Source: Octopus sinensis
Taxonomy: Eukaryota
Direction: 5' to 3'
Length of the DNA: 64,000 bases
Assembly: GCF_006345805.1 (NCBI RefSeq)
Contig: NC_043026.1
Location: 10,106,001-10,170,000 of the forward strand
Shown here: one piece after another, positions 1 to 11,901 of the stretch
Numbering within the stretch: position 1 is the first letter of the stretch
Layout: every line of letters begins with the position of its first letter
Made by a program: the position numbers and the translations under genes
The notes under the pieces: model-generated
What the model saw: the letters and a program-made list of their open reading frames with translations, nothing else
Databases searched by the model: none
What the model was told of the DNA's origin: nothing

Positions 1-722
1 GCTTTTTATGTGCCACCGGCACAGGTATCACAACTACTATTTCCATTGATATTTGTTTCGATGTTCATGTACATGCACTTGACTCAACAGGTCTCCTCAA
101 GCACAGCGAGATGTTCTGGGTCCCAAGGTACTTTGAATGGGCAGGGGCTATGCGGAACTGGTGCTGGAAGCATCCCAGGTCTTTGCAGTCATAGCACATC
201 TCCAGAGATCTCAGTCCTTCGCCATTGCCTCAGTGAAGCCCAACACTCTGAGGTCATGCTTGACTACCTCATCTCATGTCTTCCTGGGTCTACCTCTCCC
301 CCTGATTCCTTCAACTGTTTAGGAGCGGCACTTCTTCACACATCTTTCCTCATCCATCTGCAGTACATGACCATACCATCGCAGGCATCGCTCTTGCACA
401 CCACATCTGATGCTTCTTATGTCCAGCATTTCTCTCAGGGTGCTTACACTCTGTTGTGCATTCGCACTGACATTGCACATCCAGCGGATCATGCTAGCTT
501 CATTTCTTTCAAGTCTACGCATGTCTTCTGCAGTCATGGCCCATGTTTCACTACCGTGAAGCATGGCAGTTCGCACACATGCATCATACAATCTACCTTT
601 CACTCTGAGGGAGAGACCCTTTGTCGCCAGTAGGGGTAGGAGCTTTCTAAACTTTGCCCAGGCTATTCGTATTCTAGTGGTGACACTCTCTGAGCATCCA
701 CCTCCACTACTAACTTGGTCAC

Positions 723-726
<4 letters not shown>
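1..726 (-). mobile_element. 5'-truncated RTE-clade LINE fragment (RT C-terminus plus start of 3' UTR)
   Basis: Minus frame reads LGDQVSSGGGCSESVTTRIRIAWAKFRKLLPLL...GRLYDACVRTAMLHGSETW...LRWYGHVLQM, a typical RTE post-RT region. It continues with stops into a GRGRPRKT-like motif and then the gtgccaccggcacagg 3' UTR unit seen in other copies in the window. Confidence 0.9.

Positions 727-772
<46 letters not shown>
726..772. repeat. (TA)n microsatellite
   Basis: Pure AT dinucleotide run. Confidence 0.98.
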
Positions 773-1057
<285 letters not shown>

Positions 1058-3446
1058 TGGTGCATAATTATTGCAGCTTTTTTTCAACAAATTTTATTTG
1101 AAATCATTTTTATTATTATTATTATTTTTATTAATAATAATTATTATTATTAATGTGATGAACGAGCAGAATCGTTACAAAATGCCAGACAAAATGCTTT
1201 GCATCATTTCTTCCAAGTTTAACGTTTTGAGTTCAAATCCTGCCGAGGTTGACTTTGTCTCTCATCCTTTTACAATTGATAAAATAAGAACCAGTTAGGG
1301 GCTGGGGTTGATTTCAGGCCTTCTCCCTATAGTAGGAAGGATTATTATTATGATCATCAAAACATGAAAAAAGTTGAGGGCATAGATGTAAGATTAAGGA
1401 ATTCACTTCACAAACTTGTGGTCTCAGGTTCAGTCCCACTTCGCAGCACCTTAAAGAATTAACTTCTTCTAATGTTCCAGGTTGACTTAAGCCTTGTGAG
1501 TGGGTTTCGTACATGGAACTGATAAAGCCTATGGTATATACATGTGTGTGTCTATATTAGTACTTGTTTGTGTATGCATGCGTGTGTGTGTGTGTGTGCA
1601 TATGTCTGCACACGTCTCCTTGTCTTGACATCTGCTGCGAATTATAAACAAATGTCACGTCGCACAAACAGTGTCGTTTATTTGCAGTGTTCCACCAGAA
1701 AACATATCCAACCATTGTGCTGTTCATGTTGGAAGAACTTGGGGAAATATTCTCTTGCTTGAAACCAGCTGAGGATTGGTGAGCCTCATCGAGTGTAGTC
1801 ATAGACTTGACTGAGTGGCACTCACAAGAACCTGGCAGGAAACAAAACAAAATTATGAGGGAAAACAACAACAAATAATAAACAGAAAAGAAAATACAAT
1901 ATCATTATAAAGGTTTTGACATCCATTTTCCCTAACTGGCATGGGTAGGACAGTTGGAGAGGAAGCAGTGAGCCAGAGGACATTGCTGAGCTCCAATGAA
2001 AGATTTGGCAAGATTTCTACAGCTGGATGATCTTCTTAACACCAAATGCACACACACATGTGTGTATATGCGTGCATGGGAGTATATGAATGTAAAAACA
2101 TGGTTTTACTTATGTTTGATTGTACATCTGATTTTGTATGCTAGCATGGGTTAGATGAATATATTATTGCACAGACACCTACACGCACACACTCAGCTTG
2201 AGTTCACCTCTTTCTGTAGCAGCAGCAGCTACATGCCCTCTCATATTTATCACACCCCTATCACACACAACTTATCATTCACTTCCAAGATCACACATCC
2301 TTCATATCGCCCATGTCACTGTCACCTGTGTCCCTACTGCCACGCCCCTATCACCCCTACCTCTACCTTTCATCTCTCAATCACTCTCTCTTCTTCTTTT
2401 TACTCTACTATCTTACTGCTTTGACAAAGATTGGCAGTAAATCTCTTCTCTTCACCATTCTTCCAATGAAACTAGGAATGTCACTGGACCTACCTGGGTC
2501 TCTCCCCAACACTCAGCCACTTCTTTTCATATATTTATTACCCTAGATCTCTCACACATCCCAAGGTATATGTGAAACCCAGAGATTGAGGGGAACCTTT
2601 AGTTTTGTCAAGGACATGGTGATTGTCTCTAGCGATGGTGCCATAAAATGCACCCAGTGCACATTGTGCAGTGGTTGGTGTCAGGAAGAGCATCCAGCTG
2701 CAGAAAGAAAACCAGAAAATGTAACTTCAGACAAGATATTCTTTGAACCATCCAACCCATTCCAGCATGGAAAGTGGGGGTAATATGATGATCATCATAC
2801 ATACATACAGATGTATGGATGTATAAATATACATATATGCATCTTTGTGTATATATTATACACATTCATTCTTATATATATGTGGTATGTGCATGTAAAT
2901 AAATATGCACATATATAATCATTAGTAATACTTATATTCCATCTAACTAGCAAAAGGTTCAGTCTGCCTTGTATCTGACAAATGTCTATGAAACATAATA
3001 AAGTCTATGTTTTGCTAATTGTTCCATGTTAACGAAGTTTGAATATGATTGCTGTGTGTTGGAACATAATATAGCATGTACACCAATTAAAGTTAATTTT
3101 CTCTACAGCAGAGAGTGTCTCGTTATTGAGTGCTTTTGGAGCAGGGGAATCTCTTTGACTAATTATCGTTAAATAAATCTAAGCCACACATGACTATTAA
3201 TTTGAGATGTTGAGAGCAAATATCATTTCCAGTGAATATAATTATTGCTAATATTTAGACTCCATGTAATTAATGAAACTTATTAATACATCTTAGAATA
3301 AATTGTAATAAGTTGTTTAAATATTAATTAGACAAGATTAATTCACTGACAGAAATACATAAATGTTTTGTTTGTGTTTTTCAAATGATGAAGCAAATAT
3401 CATCTCCCTGAAACTTTAATATTTTCACAAAGTTAAATATTTTCCT

Positions 3447-3461
3447 AATATTTCATTACAG
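3447..3461 (+). promoter_or_regulatory. putative 3' splice acceptor upstream of the 1818-aa ORF
   Basis: aatatttcattacAG|attcactATG, with AG at 3460-3461. Confidence 0.55.
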
Positions 3462-3468
3462 ATTCACT

Positions 3469-6400
3469 ATGGAACACCAAACAAAACCTACCCTTCAGAA
3501 AAGAGCTTTAAGGGACTCAACACCAAAATGGGATGAAGAAGGAGTTGACTGTCAAAGGTGTAAATATGTGAGAGATGACGGTTCAAGGAGAGAAATGTCC
3601 GAGAAACGATCTTCATCTCAGCCAACAACAAAACAAAAAAGACATAAAGGAGACCCTAAAAACTGGGAAATAATGGGAAGACGAAATATTTTGGACAAAC
3701 ACATATTTTATACAAGATTCAATGCATATAATGACAAAATGAATTTGTTGATAAATTCTCGGGAAAAAATATGTACTTTTTTAAAAAGTATAGGAATAGA
3801 TACAAATACTTTTCTAAAACATTTTACACAGAAAATAGAAATTTTGATGAAAGACATTAAAGAAAACGTTTACAATCAAGAATTTATAATTTTTGGAAAA
3901 TTAGAATTGTTCCTGGAACACTATTTACAGAGAAAAATTTTACAAGACAAACACAAAACCATTGAACCACCAAAAGTAACCACAAAATTCCGGCCTCTTA
4001 GCCCGGTTGTAACCAGAGAAGCAAAGATCGAGGAATCTGGAGAAGAATTTGACAAAAGCACAATATCCAATGTCATTGTCATACGTGAGGGAATGGTAAC
4101 ATATTCCCGCCATTGTATGACAATATGTGTGACAAGAAATGGTGACAGAAATGATGTTCATTGTCCATCTTCTGTCACCGATTTCAGCAGAATTGGTGAA
4201 GACATGGTCCTAGCAACCCTCCCCTTCCAAGAAATGATTCTTATTATCAGCCCCAAAACCTTCAAGATCAAAAGGATACAGTTGGGGTTATATTTGGTTG
4301 CTTACTTGGAACATTCTACACTTATAGGTGTAGAAATGTTTGGTAAGACTGTTTACCAAATTGACTGGGAGGGTAATAGAATCAGATATGAATTTATTAC
4401 CAAAGAAACACCTACAGATATTGCTGTAGGTGTCCAGAATATTCTTTTAATATCATTTCCAAGTATTAACACAGTAATCTGTTTTAAACTGGATGGCCAA
4501 CAGTTATGGGAGGTAGAGACCCATTCTCTGCACCTCCCTAGTAAAATCTCTCTGTACCAAAATTATTTCTATGTCCTCCAGGGACAGATTATTTATAGGA
4601 TTTCGGCTAAAGGTGGTGTAACAAAGAGGGACATTGGCAGGAAATGCCACTCTATTTCTGTTGCTAAAGATACCATTTTGGTAACAGATTATTGCGGTAA
4701 ACCACATGGTATTCAAATGAATAAAGACTTTTGGCCCAAACTGTCATACAACCACCAGCTACATACCCCCAGTTTAAAAGACTATATTGATATTGAGGAT
4801 TGCTACAACATTACAAATATTCTACTTATGTCTACATCTTCTATATTAATAATTTACAAAAACAAGAAAGCTAAATTATTCACTGATAATGGGGAAATAA
4901 TTAGCCAGAGTAATTTAGTTTTCCTTGAGCTTCCTTCTTTCTGTTGTAGAATAAACGCAAACAAATTCCTGGTATTTTACCGTGAAATTAAAGGATTTCA
5001 GTATATCACCTGTCCTGAATTGAGAAAAGGCCCTTTAATAAAGGTGCAAACTGATTACATGAAAATATGTCATGTTGTATCAAATAAGTGTTTAGCTGTG
5101 ACCACTGCTGAAAACAAAAGTGAGGTCCATATCCTATGGATCAACGAAGATAAAGTTGACATTGCAGAAAGAATTTCTCTGGGACATCATAATGTCAGCA
5201 TTGCTGCAACTCCCATTAATTTTGTAGTCGTAGATGGAAACGAAAATAAAATGGTATTTTATTCCTCATGTGGTGAAGAACTTTTTCAAAAATACCTTCC
5301 ATTCTATGGCTACCCTCATCACATCTACTCTGATAATGTTTATTTCTATGTCCTCTTCAGGAGACACTCTATTCTCAGATGTTACGATCTATATGGACAA
5401 ATGAAATGGCAGTGGGAACTGCCTTTCCCTGTTCACCCTCACATTGCTGTTTTCCAAGGAACTCTTTATGTCCCCGACACTCAACTCAACAGGGTTCTTC
5501 TTTACAAGTATCAAGACCGGTCGTCTGGCTGTTGTTTACCCACGAAAAATCCTTATATCAGAAATCTAAATCTACGACTCAAAGAAAAGGAGAATGACCA
5601 AAAACTTGTCATTGGCGAAATATGTAATCTGTCCAATGGTCAGTTGGTGGTGTCCGACATCAAGCATGATTGCTTGTTGTACATTTCTGAGGAAGGAGAC
5701 ATTGTGTCCAGATTATCTCTGCCATCTACAGCCACAGATATATGTCGATGGGATTCTGTTCATATAGGGGTCACATTACCCCTACAGAAACAATTAAGGG
5801 TCATCGGAAACCTATCAAAGACAGTGAGAAGTGTATCATTAAGGCAGCCTTATGTACAGGTGTGTAAGATAGGTGAACGTGAAATTGTTTGTTATTGTGA
5901 TAAACCATCATATTTAGACATTTTAGCCATCAATTATTATAATCAAGTTGAAGTAATTAAGACAATTAATATCCCATTTTTTGTGAAATCATTATCAATA
6001 GACAAGGAAACACAAAAGATATTAATTGTTACGAAGGGAAAAGCATTTCTGTACAACACTAGAATAGGTGGGGGTGGTCATGGCACTGATCATCATCATT
6101 GTAGTATTAAGATGGTCCCCAGTGTTTTAATGTCCCAAGTGACACGTCCCCCTAATCTCTATGGTGGATCTATTGACCGAATGTTTGTATATCTTATAGA
6201 GAACAGCCGTATGTTTGCTATAAACGATCATAATTTGTTGGTTAATGATCTCGTTACAAACAAGCAATTTAATAATTATATCGACCTGGTGGATGTATTT
6301 TCCCGAAACATTTCTCTCAGTGAAATGTTGTCTTCCACTTTATATCTACAGGACCTGACAGTTTCTGATAAAGCCAGACATATTCCTCTCCCTAAACATT

Positions 6401-8925
6401 TGGGAGACGAGGGACCAGCGGAGATTAGATGTTTGGTTATTACAGAAAATAATCTGATTGCAGGATGGGACAAGGATAATGGAAACATAAAGATATTCAC
6501 ATTGGATGGTCAACATTTGGATTCTATCAAAGTGAATGTTTATTTTAGTATTAAAATGTGTCGATGGCAGTCAAACACACTGGTCATTACGAATGGGGAT
6601 TATTTAGATGATAAACACCAACTGTTGACATTAAAAGTGGAATTTCCATTGTCGTTGGTAATTTACCAGACAAGAAATAAATATAATTGTGTGGCTTCTT
6701 TATTAAACAATCAACTGGTTTTTAGTACATTGGGAGATGTAAGACATTTGCATTTTGTTGATATTGATGAAATACATTCGAGTGTGAAGGAAATAAAAAA
6801 AATAGACATACCTGAACCATTATTAACGGGAAACGAAGATGGAAATAATTATTCTGGCGGCATCCAGGATATTATAATTACTGCTGAAGATGTCATCATT
6901 GTCTTTAACAAGAGATTCATCATTTTCTTCAAGAGTGATGGTCAATATTTACATTCAGTTAGACACTACATGTTGGATAATTATATTGATGATAACAAGA
7001 TGATAATTGATGACAGTTTTTTGTATATTTTTGGTGCGTGGGAGAAATATATTATTTCAACTGAATATCGAAACATTTTGTGTTTGACCCAGAATGGGGA
7101 ATACAAGAGAATATTTTTTAATCAAAGAATTTATAAAGATGAAGTAAATTTCTCCAGTATAAACTGTAAAGGACCAAGGTTTGTTGGAAGCCACACGTGG
7201 GGAAGGAGAAAGAATGAACTGTATGTTGAAGGGTTGTTTATGGTGAATCGAGACAGCTTCCCGGTTGCTCGTTTACAAACAGACGAATGTCCTGTTCAAG
7301 TAAAAGATTTTGATGTCTCTGAGGAAGGAAAGACAGTTGTGTGTGAAAAAGCCAATAATGGAAATGTTAAAATATTCGATGAAGATGGCCAGTTGCTATG
7401 TCACAGAAACGTTGCAAGTTTAGTTGGTGGTGTGTGTTTTACACAAGAATCACACATAATAGCCACGGTTCCTAAAAGGAAAGAAATATTTCAACTGAAT
7501 GGAGAAGATTTGCAGACATCTCAAGTTTGGTTGAGTCTCATCCCTTATGGTGTAATATGGAGAAAAGTGGCGGGTATTTACTGGTGTGTACATACTGAAT
7601 TGATTGAGTGTCATTGCATAAAGATTGATGGGGACCAAGTGAACATTCTGGAATCTGTGTCGTTATTAAATCTTGATTCTGGTCTTCATTTCCCTTCCAT
7701 TACATCTGAAACGAACAAGGAAATATTCAATAATGAATTAATTAATAAATTGGAATACAGAGGAGGAGATGGAGATGGAGGAGGAAGAAGAAGAGGTAAA
7801 TCAGGTGAAATAATTGGTAAAGGTAGATTAAAGGTGAGATGTGGTAAATACATAGCGGAGATTAATAATTCAGGAATTGATGAAATATCAGTAAGGAGAC
7901 TTCCATATAGAACAGCAATGGTCCCTTTTTCCATTCCTGCATTCGAGGAACCTGTTAATTATGATTATAGGGACATTAGGGACTGGAACAGTAAACTAAT
8001 TAAGTTAGATGAGAATGTGAGTGTGTTGATGTTTCGAGAAAGTGTCACATTAATCAGAACAACAACAACAACAGTGGACATACTTCAACATGAACAACAA
8101 CAACGACCACCACTGGACATTTGTCGGTGGACAGAGGAATGTTTCATTGTCGCCTTTGGGAGAGAAATGAGGGTCTTCAACAGGGATCTCTGTTGTTTAA
8201 AAACCATCAGAACTGAGAAATACTACAACAGGATTTATAAATACAACGACAATCAACTCGTGTGTGGTGGTCATTATATTAGAGACATAACTCAAGAAGA
8301 GAGACACAAGAAATACAAAAGAACATGGGAAAACAACAAGTATTACTATTATTGCATTGACCCCGACGCCTTTGACTCTTATTATGTGGATGTGGTTGAT
8401 TTCGAAGATGGGAAATGTAAAGATGAAGTGTGTCGTGGGGAGATGAAGAGATTGTTAAGGTTTGAGGGAGATGAAGGGGTGGATGGTGTGGGAGTCACAT
8501 CTTTTGGTGATGTTGTTGTTGTGAGGTGGGAGATGGAGGATAAGAGGGATGGAGTTTGGGAAGGTTTTTGTTTTGTGGAATGGTTCAGGGAAAAGTCTTT
8601 AGTGAGGAGGATAAGAATAAGAGAAAGAATGTTTTTTGGTCTGGGATTTTATATTACAAGACCTCATCTATCCAAAATTGGTGAATATGTTTACATAACA
8701 GATGGAGAAAACAATATTTACGAAATACCTCGACATATTGAAGAGGAAACATCTGAAGATGATGAAATCCTGGGATTTAAAGATAATCCAAAATATTTAC
8801 TCCTCAGAGCGTATGATAATGAAGTCTCTGAAGTTCTTGGTTTGGATGTTTCAGACAATTCTTTCATGGTTTTTGGAATTATTCTTGGACGTCAATCTTT
8901 TGCTTTCTTTTATTTTGACAAATAA
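3469..8925 (+). CDS. 1818-aa uncharacterised protein with multiple tandem degenerate NHL/TolB-like six-bladed beta-propeller units
   Basis: Uninterrupted 5457-nt ORF in AT-rich DNA, with an ATG 7 nt after a cattacag splice acceptor. Recurring blade motifs: PTDIAVGVQNILLISFP, ATDICRWDSVHIGVTLP, PLDICRWTEECFIVAF, GQLVVSDIKHDCLLYISEEG, NGNIKIFTLDGQHL, NGNVKIFDEDGQLL. The ORF is certain; the fold assignment is by eye. Confidence 0.8.
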   Translation: MEHQTKPTLQKRALRDSTPKWDEEGVDCQRCKYVRDDGSRREMSEKRSSSQPTTKQKRHKGDPKNWEIMGRRNILDKHIFYTRFNAYNDKMNLLINSREKICTFLKSIGIDTNTFLKHFTQKIEILMKDIKENVYNQEFIIFGKLELFLEHYLQRKILQDKHKTIEPPKVTTKFRPLSPVVTREAKIEESGEEFDKSTISNVIVIREGMVTYSRHCMTICVTRNGDRNDVHCPSSVTDFSRIGEDMVLATLPFQEMILIISPKTFKIKRIQLGLYLVAYLEHSTLIGVEMFGKTVYQIDWEGNRIRYEFITKETPTDIAVGVQNILLISFPSINTVICFKLDGQQLWEVETHSLHLPSKISLYQNYFYVLQGQIIYRISAKGGVTKRDIGRKCHSISVAKDTILVTDYCGKPHGIQMNKDFWPKLSYNHQLHTPSLKDYIDIEDCYNITNILLMSTSSILIIYKNKKAKLFTDNGEIISQSNLVFLELPSFCCRINANKFLVFYREIKGFQYITCPELRKGPLIKVQTDYMKICHVVSNKCLAVTTAENKSEVHILWINEDKVDIAERISLGHHNVSIAATPINFVVVDGNENKMVFYSSCGEELFQKYLPFYGYPHHIYSDNVYFYVLFRRHSILRCYDLYGQMKWQWELPFPVHPHIAVFQGTLYVPDTQLNRVLLYKYQDRSSGCCLPTKNPYIRNLNLRLKEKENDQKLVIGEICNLSNGQLVVSDIKHDCLLYISEEGDIVSRLSLPSTATDICRWDSVHIGVTLPLQKQLRVIGNLSKTVRSVSLRQPYVQVCKIGEREIVCYCDKPSYLDILAINYYNQVEVIKTINIPFFVKSLSIDKETQKILIVTKGKAFLYNTRIGGGGHGTDHHHCSIKMVPSVLMSQVTRPPNLYGGSIDRMFVYLIENSRMFAINDHNLLVNDLVTNKQFNNYIDLVDVFSRNISLSEMLSSTLYLQDLTVSDKARHIPLPKHLGDEGPAEIRCLVITENNLIAGWDKDNGNIKIFTLDGQHLDSIKVNVYFSIKMCRWQSNTLVITNGDYLDDKHQLLTLKVEFPLSLVIYQTRNKYNCVASLLNNQLVFSTLGDVRHLHFVDIDEIHSSVKEIKKIDIPEPLLTGNEDGNNYSGGIQDIIITAEDVIIVFNKRFIIFFKSDGQYLHSVRHYMLDNYIDDNKMIIDDSFLYIFGAWEKYIISTEYRNILCLTQNGEYKRIFFNQRIYKDEVNFSSINCKGPRFVGSHTWGRRKNELYVEGLFMVNRDSFPVARLQTDECPVQVKDFDVSEEGKTVVCEKANNGNVKIFDEDGQLLCHRNVASLVGGVCFTQESHIIATVPKRKEIFQLNGEDLQTSQVWLSLIPYGVIWRKVAGIYWCVHTELIECHCIKIDGDQVNILESVSLLNLDSGLHFPSITSETNKEIFNNELINKLEYRGGDGDGGGRRRGKSGEIIGKGRLKVRCGKYIAEINNSGIDEISVRRLPYRTAMVPFSIPAFEEPVNYDYRDIRDWNSKLIKLDENVSVLMFRESVTLIRTTTTTVDILQHEQQQRPPLDICRWTEECFIVAFGREMRVFNRDLCCLKTIRTEKYYNRIYKYNDNQLVCGGHYIRDITQEERHKKYKRTWENNKYYYYCIDPDAFDSYYVDVVDFEDGKCKDEVCRGEMKRLLRFEGDEGVDGVGVTSFGDVVVVRWEMEDKRDGVWEGFCFVEWFREKSLVRRIRIRERMFFGLGFYITRPHLSKIGEYVYITDGENNIYEIPRHIEEETSEDDEILGFKDNPKYLLLRAYDNEVSEVLGLDVSDNSFMVFGIILGRQSFAFFYFDK

Positions 8926-8980
8926 ATATTTTATGACAAATAAATATTTTATGACATAAATATTTTATGACAAATAAATA
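8917..8980 (+). repeat. ~4 copies of an 18-bp unit (gacaaataaatattttat) overlapping the stop codon, supplying candidate AATAAA polyA signals
   Basis: Directly visible. The TAA stop lies in the first unit and the third unit has a 2-bp deletion. Confidence 0.85.
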
Positions 8981-9235
8981 TCAAACTTCAATCTTGTTGT
9001 TGGTGTTGTTCTTATTTTTCTTCTTATTTATTTATTTCTTCTTTATCATCATTCATTTCATCATCATCATCATCATCATCAATGGGTTCACCTGGGAATC
9101 GAACCTGCATCGCATACATTGCATTCTACACAAACAATTAGTGTTGTAACATTCCTCAACACGATGTCTTTGTGTGTGTGTATATTCATATACAGTATAT
9201 GTACATGTGTTTATATATGTACACACACACACACG

Positions 9236-9896
9236 TCAGTCCACCTGTGCATACCTTCCTGCTTGTGACACTTGTGAAGACCTGTTGAGGCAAGTCAAAT
9301 CAAAGTCAAATCGAATCAAGTCAAACCAAATCAAATAGATGAACATCAATGGAATTTGTATCCTTGTGGTACCAGTGCCGGTGGCACATAAGAAAACCAT
9401 CCGAACGGGACCGTAGCCAGTACCGCATCGACTGGCCTCCGTGCCGTGGGCACGTAACAAACACCATCCGATCGTAGCCGTTCACCAGCCTCGTCTGGCA
9501 CCTGTGCCGGTGGCACATAAGAAAAACACCGAAAACACCATATTCGAGCGTGTCCGTCTGCCAGCCTTGTCTGGCACCTGTGTTGGTGGCACATAAGAAA
9601 ACACCATCCGAGCGTGGCCGTCTGCCAGCCTCGTCTGGCACCTGTGTCGGTGGCACATAAAAAACACCATCTGAGCGTGGCCGTCTGCCAGCCTCGCCTG
9701 GCACCTGTGTCGGTGGCACATAAAATCACCCACTACACTCTCGGAGTGGTTGGCGTTAGGTAGGGCATCCAGCTGTAGAAACACTGCCAGATCTGACTGG
9801 CCTGGTGCAGCCTTCGGGCTTGCCAGACCCCAGTTGAACCGTCCAACCCATGCCAGCATGGAAAGCGGACGTTAAACGATGATGATGATGATGATG
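9236..9896 (+). mobile_element. RTE LINE 3' UTR-only copy with an internal ~60-bp tandem unit and (GAT)n tail
   Basis: Matches the 3' UTR that follows the RTE ORF at 11145 and ends cccatgccagcatggaaagcggacgttaaac(gat)n. Confidence 0.9.
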
Positions 9897-10167
9897 TATA
9901 GAAATATGGCTATAAAGATAAACAAAATCACTATCTCCTTTTTTTACAGTGTATTTTGCAAAACAATATTTCTGAAAAAAGTCCAAAACGAAGAAATAGG
10001 GGTGAGAGGAGGAATTGAAATTTTGAAATACCAATTTTTTTCCCCCTTTTTTTTGTTCAGATTCATAATCTCCGTACCCGAAAACGGGAGTCTATGTAAA
10101 AAAAAATAAAGGAAGGTTTTGGCAGAGTTACAAAAGAAAATCTTGCTTCTATCTATCCGAATGCCTA

Positions 10168-10242
<75 letters not shown>

Positions 10243-10519
10243 CACTCTCACAAGATAGCTATCTATCTGTCAATCTGTTTCTTCTCTCTCTGTCTCTCCC
10301 ACATGCTATCTATCTCTTTGTCTCTCACTCTCTCTTTATGTATAATTTTGTCTCTCATCCTCTCTCTTTATCTATCTGTCTACCTCTATGTATGTCTCCT
10401 GTTTTTCTCTTTTTTTCTTTCTCTCTCTCTCACTCTCCATCTGTCTGTTTCCCTCTCTATCTATCTATCTAACCTTTCTGTGTATCTCTCTATATATGTG
10501 TATATTATATATATATATA

Positions 10520-11480
10520 TCATCATCATCATCATCATCATCGTTTAACGTCCGCTTTCCATGCTGGCATGGGTTGGACGGTTCAACTGGGGTCTGGCAA
10601 GCCCGAAGGCTGCACCAGGCCAGTCAGATCTGGCAGTGTTTCTACAGCTGGATGCCCTTCCTAACGCCAACCACTCCGAGAGTGTAGTGGGTGATTTTAT
10701 GTGCCACCGACACAGGTGCCAGACGAGGCTGGCAGACGGCCACGCTCGGATGGTGTTTTTTATGTGCCACCGACACAGGTGCCAGACGAGGCTGGCTGAC
10801 GGCCACGCTCGGATGGTGTTTTCTTATGTGTCACCGACACAGGTGCCAGACGAGGCTGGCGGATGGCCACGCTCGGATGGTGTTTGTTACGTGCCCTCAG
10901 CACGGAGGCCAGTCGTTGCGGTACTGGCTACAGTCACGTTCGGATGGTTTTCTTATGTGCCACCGGCACTGGTACCACAAGGATACAAATTCCATTGATG
11001 TTCATCTATTTGATTTGGTTCGATTTGATTTGATTTGATTCGATTCTCACTTGCCTCAACAGGTCTTCACAAGTGTCACAAGCAGGAAGGTATGCACAGG
11101 TGGACTGACTACGTCCCAGGTAGGGGCCACGGGTTATGGCTTCACTAGACTTGCCGGGTCTTCTCACGCACAGCATACTTCCATAGGTCTCGGTCTCTAG
11201 TCATTTCCATGGTGAGACCTAACGTCCGAAGGTCGTGCTTCACCACCTCGTCCCAGGTTTTCCTGGGTCTACCTCTTCCATGGGTTCCCTCAACTGCTAG
11301 GGATTGGCACTTTCTCACACACCTATCTTCATCCATTCTCGCCACATGACCATACCAGCGCAATCCTCTCTCTTGCACACCACAACTGATGCTTCTTAGG
11401 TACAACATTTCTCTCAAGGTACTAACGCTCTGTCGAGTAAGTACACTGACATTACACATCCATCGGAGCATCGGAGCATC
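10520..11480 (-). mobile_element. 5'-truncated RTE LINE (ORF C-terminus 11145-11471 plus 3' UTR and (GAT)n tail)
   Basis: ORF reads LRWMCNVS...GLRWYGHVARMDEDRCVRKC...GRGRPRKTWDEVVKHDL. The tail appears as (CAT)n at 10520-10541. Confidence 0.92.
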
Positions 11481-11508
11481 CGATAATATATATATATATA
11501 TATACTAT

Positions 11509-11539
<31 letters not shown>

Positions 11540-11901
11540 CATATATATATCGTTTATATTAAAAGGCAACTTGTCTTTCTGTGTGTTGTGTGAACCACTT
11601 CTACTTCTACAATTTTCAACTGAATTTCACCAAATTTGACATGTGTGCTCTCTTTGACTTAGGACGCTGTATCTTATAATTTTTTCCTCAAAATTCTGCG
11701 CCCCCAACATAAATAGACTACTCTCAATGCACCTAGAATTTGGCTTGAGCAAGCAAAAAAAAAACATGACACACACCCAGCTGGAAAAAATCAATACTTT
11801 ACTCTGTCAGCTGTGGCGAGCTCTTATTGACTGCTTGCACAGTACTGCCAGCAAGTTATGATCTGCCTTGCTTTCATGTGAGTGCTCTTTTTCATATAAT
11901 T

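Noticed and set aside
1557-1874. Possible minus-strand exon after a strong polypyrimidine/CAG acceptor at about 1832-1870
   Set aside because: The downstream sequence runs into a degraded interspersed repeat and microsatellite, with no recognisable protein motif or partner exon. It cannot be supported without RNA data.
3469-8925. Naming the protein TRIM2, TRIM3, TRIM71 or a viral/bacterial horizontal transfer
   Set aside because: No RING or B-box is visible, and there are no flanking viral or transposon hallmarks or bacterial-type context. An intronless ORF alone does not show transfer.
9321-11038. Cys/His/Arg-rich ORFs with MCHRHRCQTRLADGHAR repeats (also near 20913, 23481, 24711, 32375)
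   Set aside because: Translations of the RTE 3' UTR tandem unit, open in several frames on both strands with no consistent frame between copies.
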